The notes below the pieces were generated by a model, which was not told the DNA's origin, searched no databases, and saw nothing but the letters and a program-made list of their open reading frames with translations. Position numbers and translations under genes: made by a program. From positions 1,383 through 65,382 of the forward strand of contig CAZNFR010000005.1 in assembly GCA_964572225.1 (NCBI GenBank): a stretch of 64,000 nucleotides of DNA, written 5' to 3'. This document shows, piece by piece, positions 1 through 7,885 of this stretch; within the stretch, counting starts at the first letter, position 1, and the number at the start of each line of letters is the position of its first letter. The stretch comes from an uncultured Bacteroidaceae bacterium. Its GTDB lineage: Bacteria; Bacteroidota; Bacteroidia; Bacteroidales; GCA-2748055.

Positions 1-1
1 T

Positions 2-391
2 CAAAAGTTAAGAAAAGAGAACCGAAACTATATACTGATTGGTCCGGGAAGATGGGGGACGCAGGACCCTTTCATCGGAATACCCGTAAACTGGTCGCAG
101 ATTTCCGGGGCGAAGGTAATTGTCGAAACCAGCATGGAGGGTTTTCCATTGGATGCTTCCCTGGGTTCCCACTTCTTTCATAATGTGACCTCCATGAATG
201 TGGGTTATTTTTCCATTCAGCATAATTCCAGTGATGAGTTTATAGATTATAATGCACTGAAGGAACAAAAAGTGATTGAAGAAACGGGTTACGTCAGACA
301 TGTACGCTTTGATGAACCGGTTTGTGTGGTTATGGATGGGAAGAAACGAATCGCCATTATCCATAAATTCAGTTGCCGGAGTATTGAATAA
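2..391 (+). CDS. C-terminal fragment (5'-truncated by window) of a PEP-synthase/PPDK-like protein, paralogue of 402..3416
   Basis: Frame open from nt 2: QKLRKENRNYILIGPGRWGTQDPFIGIPVNWSQISGAKVIVETSMEGFPLDASLGSHFFHNVTS. It aligns with the C-terminus of the next ORF (KRNYVLIGPGRWGSSDPWLGIP...SQGTHFFQNLTS). Confidence 0.85.
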   Translation, partial: QKLRKENRNYILIGPGRWGTQDPFIGIPVNWSQISGAKVIVETSMEGFPLDASLGSHFFHNVTSMNVGYFSIQHNSSDEFIDYNALKEQKVIEETGYVRHVRFDEPVCVVMDGKKRIAIIHKFSCRSIE

Positions 392-401
392 TGAATGAAT
401 T

Positions 402-3400
402 ATGACAGATCCACTTCATACCCGTGATAATTTTTTTGATGCTCTTTCGGTTGATTTCAGTCTTACCGAATTCGGAGGATTGATGCAAAAAAGGATCAGA
501 AAGGTATTAATCATAAGCAGTAGTTACGATTTTTTCATGCTGGAAGAGGATGGCAGAATAGATGAACAGATCTTCAATGAGTATGTATCACTTAACCTGC
601 GTTACCCTCCGGTTTTTATAAAGGCAAGCACTGCAGCTGCAGCTTTGAGGATATTAAGCAAGGGAGATATCGATCTGATCATTGAGATGTTGAACATTGG
701 TGATGTTAATACATTTGAACTGGCCAAGGAGCTGAAAAAAGGGTACCCTGACACTCCCATTGTTGTTCTGACTCATTTTAACCGGGAAGTTTCTATGAAG
801 CTTCAGAATGAAGATCTGAGTGCGATTGACTATGTTTTTTGCTGGCTGGGGAATGCGGATCTTTTGCTTGCCATAATCAAGCTGATTGAGGATTCCATGA
901 ATGTGGACCACGATGTAAATGAAGTGGGGGTTCAGGCCATACTGCTCGTAGAAGATTCCATCCGATACACTTCGGTTTATCTTCCTCTGCTTTATAAGAT
1001 CGTGCTCAAACAATCCAGGGATTTCATGAAAGAAGCCCTTAATGAGCATCAAAAAATGTTGAGGATGCGGGGCAGACCCAAAATTCTGCTGGCAAAAACC
1101 TATGATGAGGCTGCTGCGCTTTTCCACAAGTACAAGAATAACCTCCTTGGGATCATTTCGGATGTGAGTTTTAAGGTCAATAACAAGCGGGATCATAAAG
1201 AAAAAATGGGGTTGAAATTATGCGAGCTGGTTAAGAGCGAGGATCCGAATATTCCGGTACTTTTGCAATCTTCAGACAAGAATAATAAGGAATATGCTGA
1301 TTCCTACGGGGCAGGTTTCATACATAAATACTCCAAAACCCTTTCACTTGAATTAAGGAATTTCATTATCCGGAATTTTGCTTTCGGTGAGTTTATTTTC
1401 AGGGATCCGGACACCGGGAGGGAGGTAGCACGCGCGAGCGATCTGCAGTCCCTTCAGCATCTCATTCTGAGGGTCCCCGAGAAAGTGCTTTCCTACCATG
1501 CATCCAAAAATGATTTCTCGAAATGGTTGAACGCCAGAGCCATTTTTCCGGTAGCCCAACTGTTCAAATACCTGAGAGAGGATGATTTCGAGAATATTTC
1601 GGAAGTGAGATCCTATATCTACGAAGCAATTTCATCCTTCAGGGTTAGTAAGGGGAGGGGGGTTATTGCCAAATTCGATAAGAACAGCTTTGATGAGTAT
1701 CTCGCATTTTCCAGAATTGGTGAGGGTTCCATTGGGGGGAAAGCCAGAGGTCTGGCTTTTATCAATCTTGTGATCAAGGAATACCGCTTATATAATAAAT
1801 TTAAGAACGCGATTATCACCATTCCACGGACCGTGGTGCTGAGTACCGATGTTTTTGATGAATTCATGGAGGTAAATGACCTGTATAAGGTGGGCTTGTC
1901 TGACCGGTCCGATGAGGAGATCCTTGATTCTTTTGTGAGGGCAAAACTGCCTGGCTGGGTTCACCAGGATCTTTATGCTTTTATTTCGGTTATCGAAAAT
2001 CCCATTGCAATTCGCTCCTCCAGCAAACTTGAGGACTCTCATTATCAACCATTTGCCGGTGTGTATTCGACCTATATGATCCCTAATGTGAAAACAGATC
2101 ATGCACTTACCATTCGAATGCTGACCAATGCAATCAAATCTGTTTACGCCTCTGTTTATTATAAGTCCAGCAAAGCATATATGACCGCTACATCCAATGT
2201 GATCGATGAAGAAAAAATGGGAATCATCCTTCAGGAGGTTTGTGGTTCAACTTATGGAGACCGGTTTTATCCTACTTTTTCCGGGGTTGCGAGGTCAATC
2301 AATTTTTATCCTGTAAAACCCGAGAAGCCCACAGACGGCATTGCCAACATTGCTTTCGGTCTGGGGAAGTACATTGTTGACGGGGGAATATCCTTACGAT
2401 TTTCTCCAAGATACCCGAAAAAAGTGCTGCAACTATCTTCTCCGGAAATGGTGATGAAGGATACACAGAAGTATTTTTATTCACTTGATCTTTCGAGTGA
2501 TAGTTTTAAAACTTCGGTGGATGATGCCGTAAACCTCTTCAAGCTCAGAATTGGTGAAGCTGAGAAAGACCATACACTAAAGCATGTGGCTTCTACTTTC
2601 GATTTTGAAAATAACATGATCAGGGATGGAATATGGGATAAGGGAAAAAGAGTCATTACCTTCTCCAATATCCTAAATCACGATGTTTTTCCCCTGGCTG
2701 AGATTTTAAGGACCTTGCTTGATATTGGGCAAAAGGAAATGAACCTTCCCATTGAAATTGAGTTTGCTGTAGAGATGAATGTTCCCAGGGATACCCCTCC
2801 TGTTTTTAATTTTCTTCAGATAAGGCCGATTGTGGACAATGATCAGACCATAAGCTATCATTTGAACAGCATAGATCCGGCAGATACCATACTTATTTCC
2901 GATTCCGGATTGGGCAATGGTATTTTTACTGGTATTCAAGATATTATTTACATCAATCCTGATAAGTTCGATGCTTCCGGAAACACCTTACTGGCAAATA
3001 AAATTGAACAATTAAATGATAAAATGAGGGAGGAGAAAAGAAATTATGTACTGATCGGGCCGGGACGATGGGGTTCCTCCGACCCATGGCTGGGTATTCC
3101 CATCAAATGGCAGCAGATAACCGAAGCTAGGATCATTGTAGAGTCCGGGCTCGACAATTACAGAATAGATCCAAGTCAGGGTACCCATTTTTTTCAAAAC
3201 CTGACCTCCTTCGGAGTAGGTTACATTACGGTTAATGCTTATAAAAAGGAAGGGTTTATCGATTTTAGCTGGCTTAACTCCATGCATGCGATTTTTGAAG
3301 AGGGAACGGTGCGGCATATTCGTTTTGAAAAGGAACTGGAAATTGTCATTAATGGTAAAACCAATAAGGCGGTCATTTTTAAGGAAGGAAAAGGACTGGA

Positions 3401-3416
3401 GAAAACGGAACCTTAA
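402..3416 (+). CDS. Receiver-domain / PPDK_N (ATP-grasp) 'PEP/pyruvate-binding domain' protein with C-terminal His-swivel-like domain
   Basis: 1004 aa. PEPS/PPDK nucleotide-binding motifs GSIGGKARGL, AIRSSSKLED..FAGVYST, ILQEV, SGVARS, FGLGKYIVDG, EIEFA, LQIRPI. Two N-terminal REC-like folds. No PEP-binding TIM barrel. Confidence 0.85.
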   Translation: MTDPLHTRDNFFDALSVDFSLTEFGGLMQKRIRKVLIISSSYDFFMLEEDGRIDEQIFNEYVSLNLRYPPVFIKASTAAAALRILSKGDIDLIIEMLNIGDVNTFELAKELKKGYPDTPIVVLTHFNREVSMKLQNEDLSAIDYVFCWLGNADLLLAIIKLIEDSMNVDHDVNEVGVQAILLVEDSIRYTSVYLPLLYKIVLKQSRDFMKEALNEHQKMLRMRGRPKILLAKTYDEAAALFHKYKNNLLGIISDVSFKVNNKRDHKEKMGLKLCELVKSEDPNIPVLLQSSDKNNKEYADSYGAGFIHKYSKTLSLELRNFIIRNFAFGEFIFRDPDTGREVARASDLQSLQHLILRVPEKVLSYHASKNDFSKWLNARAIFPVAQLFKYLREDDFENISEVRSYIYEAISSFRVSKGRGVIAKFDKNSFDEYLAFSRIGEGSIGGKARGLAFINLVIKEYRLYNKFKNAIITIPRTVVLSTDVFDEFMEVNDLYKVGLSDRSDEEILDSFVRAKLPGWVHQDLYAFISVIENPIAIRSSSKLEDSHYQPFAGVYSTYMIPNVKTDHALTIRMLTNAIKSVYASVYYKSSKAYMTATSNVIDEEKMGIILQEVCGSTYGDRFYPTFSGVARSINFYPVKPEKPTDGIANIAFGLGKYIVDGGISLRFSPRYPKKVLQLSSPEMVMKDTQKYFYSLDLSSDSFKTSVDDAVNLFKLRIGEAEKDHTLKHVASTFDFENNMIRDGIWDKGKRVITFSNILNHDVFPLAEILRTLLDIGQKEMNLPIEIEFAVEMNVPRDTPPVFNFLQIRPIVDNDQTISYHLNSIDPADTILISDSGLGNGIFTGIQDIIYINPDKFDASGNTLLANKIEQLNDKMREEKRNYVLIGPGRWGSSDPWLGIPIKWQQITEARIIVESGLDNYRIDPSQGTHFFQNLTSFGVGYITVNAYKKEGFIDFSWLNSMHAIFEEGTVRHIRFEKELEIVINGKTNKAVIFKEGKGLEKTEP

Positions 3417-3615
3417 TAAGTATAATACTCAGCAACATGGGGTTTCGGTATACCCTTAATTATCAAATTAATTATGATGAAAGTCATGTATTTAACATGC
3501 TTAAAATCATATAATTATAGAGGATAAAAATTTGGAAATCATGACTTTTAAAATCAAATTTACATACCAATAAAGAGGAATACTTACATAAAAACAACCA
3601 TTAAATTTCATCGCT

Positions 3616-4953
3616 ATGAATGTAGATCATATAATGAATGAGCTAATCAAGAAAACTCCCGGTGAAGCTGAGTATCACCAGGCTGTTCATGAAGTTCTTG
3701 AATCGATCGAAGAAATATACAACGATAATCCCCAATTTGAATCGGCCCAGATTATTGAACGATTAATTGAACCGGACCGGATCCTGATCTTCAAAGTTCC
3801 CTGGGAGGATGATGAAGGAAAGATCCATGTGAATCGTGGATTTCGGGTTCAGTTTAATAATGCGATCGGTCCTTACAAGGGTGGATTGCGATTTCACCCC
3901 AGTGTGAATCTCAGCATCCTGAAATTCCTGGGGTTTGAACAGATTTTCAAAAACAGTCTCACTTCCCTGCCCATGGGTGGAGCCAAGGGTGGATCCGATT
4001 TTGATCCCAAAGGGAAATCGAATCGTGAGATTATGCGCTTTTGCCAGTCGTTTATGCTTGAATTATGGCACCTTATCGGCCCTGATACCGATGTTCCGGC
4101 AGGGGATATTGGGGTTGGAGGCCGTGAGGTAGGTTATCTGTATGGGATGTACCGTAAGCTTGCCAGAGAGAATTCCGGAGTTATTACCGGAAAGGGACTG
4201 AATTGGGGCGGATCTTTGATCAGGCCTGAAGCTACGGGGTTTGGAGTCGTATACTTTGCTCAGGAAATGCTAAAAACTGCCGGTGAAACTTTCAAGGATA
4301 AGAAAGTGGCCATTTCGGGTTTTGGCAATGTTGCCTGGGGTGCAGCCCTAAAAGTCACCGAGCTGGGAGGAAAGGTAATTACCCTTTCTGGTCCTGATGG
4401 TTATATTCATGATCCTGAAGGAGTTAGCGGTGAAAAAATCAATTATATGCTGGAGCTCAGGGCCACCAATGAGGATATCGTAAAGCCCTATTCCTATGAG
4501 TTTGAAGGGGTTGAGTTTGTACAGGGCAAGCACCCCTGGGAAGTTCCCTGTGATATTGCTCTTCCCTGTGCCACCCAGAATGAGTTAAACAAGGAGGATG
4601 CTGAAAATCTGGTGAAAAATGGCTGTCTTTGTGTAACCGAAGGTGCCAATATGCCCTGCACACCTGAAGCTATTGAGGTATTGCATGATAACCGGATCCT
4701 TTATGCTCCGGGTAAGGCATCCAACGCGGGAGGAGTTGCAACCTCGGGTCTTGAGATGGCTCAGAATTCCATGAAGATTAACTGGAGCAGAGAAGAAGTG
4801 GATGGCAGACTTCATCATATTATGTCAAACATTCATGAGAACTGCGTCAGGTACGGCAAGAAAGAAGACGGATATGTTGATTATGTAAAAGGTGCAAATA
4901 TTGCCGGTTTTCTGAAGGTTGCCAATTCAATGCTTGACCAGGGAATGTTCTGA
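3616..4953 (+). CDS. gdhA: Glutamate dehydrogenase (NADP-specific GdhA type)
   Basis: 445 aa. GPYKGGLRFHP, LPMGGAKGGSDFDPKG, DVPAGDIGVG, RPEATGFG, SGFGNVAW, KASNAGGVATSGLEM. Confidence 0.97.
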   Translation: MNVDHIMNELIKKTPGEAEYHQAVHEVLESIEEIYNDNPQFESAQIIERLIEPDRILIFKVPWEDDEGKIHVNRGFRVQFNNAIGPYKGGLRFHPSVNLSILKFLGFEQIFKNSLTSLPMGGAKGGSDFDPKGKSNREIMRFCQSFMLELWHLIGPDTDVPAGDIGVGGREVGYLYGMYRKLARENSGVITGKGLNWGGSLIRPEATGFGVVYFAQEMLKTAGETFKDKKVAISGFGNVAWGAALKVTELGGKVITLSGPDGYIHDPEGVSGEKINYMLELRATNEDIVKPYSYEFEGVEFVQGKHPWEVPCDIALPCATQNELNKEDAENLVKNGCLCVTEGANMPCTPEAIEVLHDNRILYAPGKASNAGGVATSGLEMAQNSMKINWSREEVDGRLHHIMSNIHENCVRYGKKEDGYVDYVKGANIAGFLKVANSMLDQGMF

Positions 4954-4959
4954 TGAGGA

Positions 4960-6264
4960 TCAGGAGATAAACTGGCTGAGGTATTTCCTGAATTCCTGGT
5001 AATCGTTTGGAAGGGCTGTTGATTTTTTTTCCCTTGTCAGGTATTGCCTGAGTTGTTCCGGGAGATTTATTTCGGTTCCGGTAACTTCTTCCACGCTCTC
5101 CCGGAATTTTGCAGGATGTGCGGTTTCCAGAAAGATTATCTCGCTGTCCGGATGGTCTTTCCGATATTCCATCCCGGCCAGATAAGCTGTTGCTCCATGT
5201 GGATCAGGAAGGTAGCCTGTTTTTTCAATACACGCGGCAATTCCTTTTCGAATCTCATCATCAGCGTAAGAATAACCTGAGATCATCCGGCTCATTTCTT
5301 TATGTGAATGACCGAAAATTTCCAGCATTCTCTCAAAATTGGAAGGGTTACCCACATCCATGGCATTGGCAATGGTTGCAAGGGAGGGGCGGGGAGTAAA
5401 CTTTCCCTTTAGAAGGTATTCGGGAATAACATCGTTGATATTGGTTGAAGCAATAAAATGATCCACCGGAAGACCCATTTTCCATGCAATCAATCCTGCG
5501 GTAATATTTCCGAAATTGCCACTTGGAACGCTGAAAACCAGTTTTTTGTCTTTATTCTTTCTTTGTCTGAAAGCATTAAAATAATAAAAGGACTGTGGTA
5601 AAAGCCTGGCGAGGTTAATGGAATTGGCAGAGGTCAGATACAACTCGGTTTTTAATTCAGGATCGGAAAAAGCCTGTTTTACCAGATTCTGGCAATCATC
5701 AAATGTTCCTTCGATCTCGATCGCTTGGATATTCTGACCGAGGGTGGTAAACTGCTTTTCCTGGATCTCGCTAACCAGTCCTTTAGGGTAAAGAACATGT
5801 ACGCTTATCCCATCCACTCGGTAAAAGCCGTTAGCCACAGCACCACCGGTATCGCCCGATGTAGCTACCAGAACATGCACCTCTCCATTCACATCCGGGG
5901 TGAGGGCAGCGAGCATTCTTGCCATAAACCGGGCTCCGACATCTTTAAATGCAAGTGTGGGACCATGGAATAGTTCAAGACTGTAAAATCCCTCATCGAT
6001 CTCTACCAGTGGTACCGGGAAATTAAGTGCCTCCTTTACCAGAGGTTCAAGGGTACCCCCGGGTAGATCCTCCTCAAAGAATAATCCGGCCAACACGGTC
6101 GATAGTTCTTCAAAACTAAGTTTATCCTGTTCATCCATAAAAGAATCCGGAATTAAAGGGATCACCTCCGGCATATAGAGTCCCTTGCCCGGGGCCAGGC
6201 TGCGGGTTACTGCTTCGGTTAGATCTACCCGGTAATTTCGGTCTGCTGTGCTGTAATAATTCAC
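4960..6264 (-). CDS. thrC: Threonine synthase
   Basis: 434 aa. ELFHGPTLAFKDVG (PLP Lys), VATSGDTG, SANSINLARL, SVPSGNFGN, ETAHPAKF. Confidence 0.96.
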   Translation of the reverse strand: MNYYSTADRNYRVDLTEAVTRSLAPGKGLYMPEVIPLIPDSFMDEQDKLSFEELSTVLAGLFFEEDLPGGTLEPLVKEALNFPVPLVEIDEGFYSLELFHGPTLAFKDVGARFMARMLAALTPDVNGEVHVLVATSGDTGGAVANGFYRVDGISVHVLYPKGLVSEIQEKQFTTLGQNIQAIEIEGTFDDCQNLVKQAFSDPELKTELYLTSANSINLARLLPQSFYYFNAFRQRKNKDKKLVFSVPSGNFGNITAGLIAWKMGLPVDHFIASTNINDVIPEYLLKGKFTPRPSLATIANAMDVGNPSNFERMLEIFGHSHKEMSRMISGYSYADDEIRKGIAACIEKTGYLPDPHGATAYLAGMEYRKDHPDSEIIFLETAHPAKFRESVEEVTGTEINLPEQLRQYLTREKKSTALPNDYQEFRKYLSQFIS

Positions 6265-6274
6265 CTTATCAATT

Positions 6275-7201
6275 TTAGGTTAGGATTCTTGTCCCTGAGT
6301 TTGAGATCCGGGAGACGTAAGTATGGTTAGGAATATTGAGGTCTGTATAGTGACTGCTCATGTGCTCTGCGATGATCCGGGCATCTTCCGCAGAACCTGA
6401 CAGGGCAAATACCGATGGGCCGGAACCGGAAATATTTACTGCTCTGTAGCCAAATGAACGTAGTTTTTTCTTGAGATCCCTGTATCCTGGGATCATTTCT
6501 GCTCTTACAGGCTCTGCAATCCGATCTTCAACTGAACTTTCAATCCGGTTAAAATCTGATTGAAGAAATCCCGTAACCAGAGAAGCAAGATTTCCCGCCT
6601 GCACAAGGGCGTCTTTCACGGAGATTTTTTCCGGAATCAGCTTCCTGCTTTCTTTAGTTTGAATTTCTATTTGGGGATGAACAAGGGTACAATACAGCTT
6701 TTCAGGAGCATTTAGTCTGATTATATCGAATGGATCATAACTTCGGATCAAAACGATATTCCCAAGCAGTGCAGGAGCGATATTATCAGCATGGGTACTG
6801 CCACTTGCAATAAACTCACCGGCAAGTGCACAGGGGATTAATTCCATGGGACTCAATCCGCCACTCAACAGGATATTCACTCCAAAGACCGCTGCGGCAC
6901 AACTGGCGGCACTTGAGCCTATACCTGATCCGGGATTGATTTTTTCACGAAAAATTAGATCAAATCCCTGTTTGGATCCAAGCTCTTTCAAAAGGGCACT
7001 TACGGCCACCGCAGCCACATTCAGTTCCGGATTTTCAGGTAGACTGACCCCGGACTTATTCACAATGCGAAGCTTGGATTCCTGATTCGGTTTAATTTCC
7101 AGTATATCGCCAGGCTCATCGAGGGCAAATCCCATAAGGTCAAATCCTGGGCCTATATTGGAAACGGTTGCCGGTGCGTATATGGTAACTGATTTAAGCA
7201 T
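6275..7201 (-). CDS. thrB: Homoserine kinase (GHMP family)
   Basis: APATVSNIGPGFD, PGSGIGSSAAS, HADNIAP, ISGSGPS. Lies between thrA and thrC. Confidence 0.93.
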   Translation of the reverse strand: MLKSVTIYAPATVSNIGPGFDLMGFALDEPGDILEIKPNQESKLRIVNKSGVSLPENPELNVAAVAVSALLKELGSKQGFDLIFREKINPGSGIGSSAASCAAAVFGVNILLSGGLSPMELIPCALAGEFIASGSTHADNIAPALLGNIVLIRSYDPFDIIRLNAPEKLYCTLVHPQIEIQTKESRKLIPEKISVKDALVQAGNLASLVTGFLQSDFNRIESSVEDRIAEPVRAEMIPGYRDLKKKLRSFGYRAVNISGSGPSVFALSGSAEDARIIAEHMSSHYTDLNIPNHTYVSRISNSGTRILT

Positions 7202-7203
7202 AC

Positions 7204-7875
7204 TTATCTTTGGTTGTTCAGGAACAGGTTCAATTGTTCATTCCCAAACTGAGTTAGACTGGAAAGTTTCATATTGGCAATCCCGTAACCAGGCAGATCT
7301 TTATGGGCAGGATCCGGTACCGCTACTACTTTCATGGTAGCGGCTCTGGCTGCAATAACTCCGTTAAGGGAGTCCTCAAAGGCCAGGCACCGGGAAGGAT
7401 GAACACTCAAAATGCTGGCGGTGGTTATATAGACCGCCGGGTGGGGCTTACCATATTCCTCTGTTTCTGCTGTGTTTAGTAATGAAAAAAAGGATCTGAG
7501 ATTAAACCGGTCGACAAAAGTTTCAATAAGTTCCATGGAAGAGGAGGATGCGAGTGCCATATTTAACCCCGTATTCCTGAAGAAATCAAGGATGTATTCG
7601 GCTCCGGGCATAAGTTCGGCTTCCTCGAGAAAGAACTTCAGAATTTTTTGGTTGTATATTCTTTCAATTTTTTTGAAATCTGGATTTGGCCAGGGCCTGT
7701 GGTGGTACCAGTAATGGATCTGTTCATCGGTCCTCATCCCAAAAGTTGCCTGTTGCATTTCTTCATCTATCTCCATTTCAAGAAGACCAGAAAAGATCTC
7801 TCTTTCCGTTTTCTGCCAGTAGGGCTCGGTATTGATGAGAAGACCGTCCATATCAAAAATCACTGCCTTGATCAT
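7204..7875 (-). CDS. HAD-superfamily phosphatase (YniC/HxpB, beta-PGM-like subfamily)
   Basis: IFDMDGLL motif I, ALASSS motif II, GKPHP motif III, FEDSLNG motif IV. Start taken at MIKAV (7875) rather than the ORF-track start 7899, which overlaps thrA. Confidence 0.88.
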   Translation of the reverse strand: MIKAVIFDMDGLLINTEPYWQKTEREIFSGLLEMEIDEEMQQATFGMRTDEQIHYWYHHRPWPNPDFKKIERIYNQKILKFFLEEAELMPGAEYILDFFRNTGLNMALASSSSMELIETFVDRFNLRSFFSLLNTAETEEYGKPHPAVYITTASILSVHPSRCLAFEDSLNGVIAARAATMKVVAVPDPAHKDLPGYGIANMKLSSLTQFGNEQLNLFLNNQR

Positions 7876-7885
7876 TTTCCTTGTT

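Noticed and set aside
402-3416. Calling this gene ppsA/ppdK
   Set aside because: It lacks the C-terminal PEP/pyruvate-binding TIM barrel and carries receiver domains instead.
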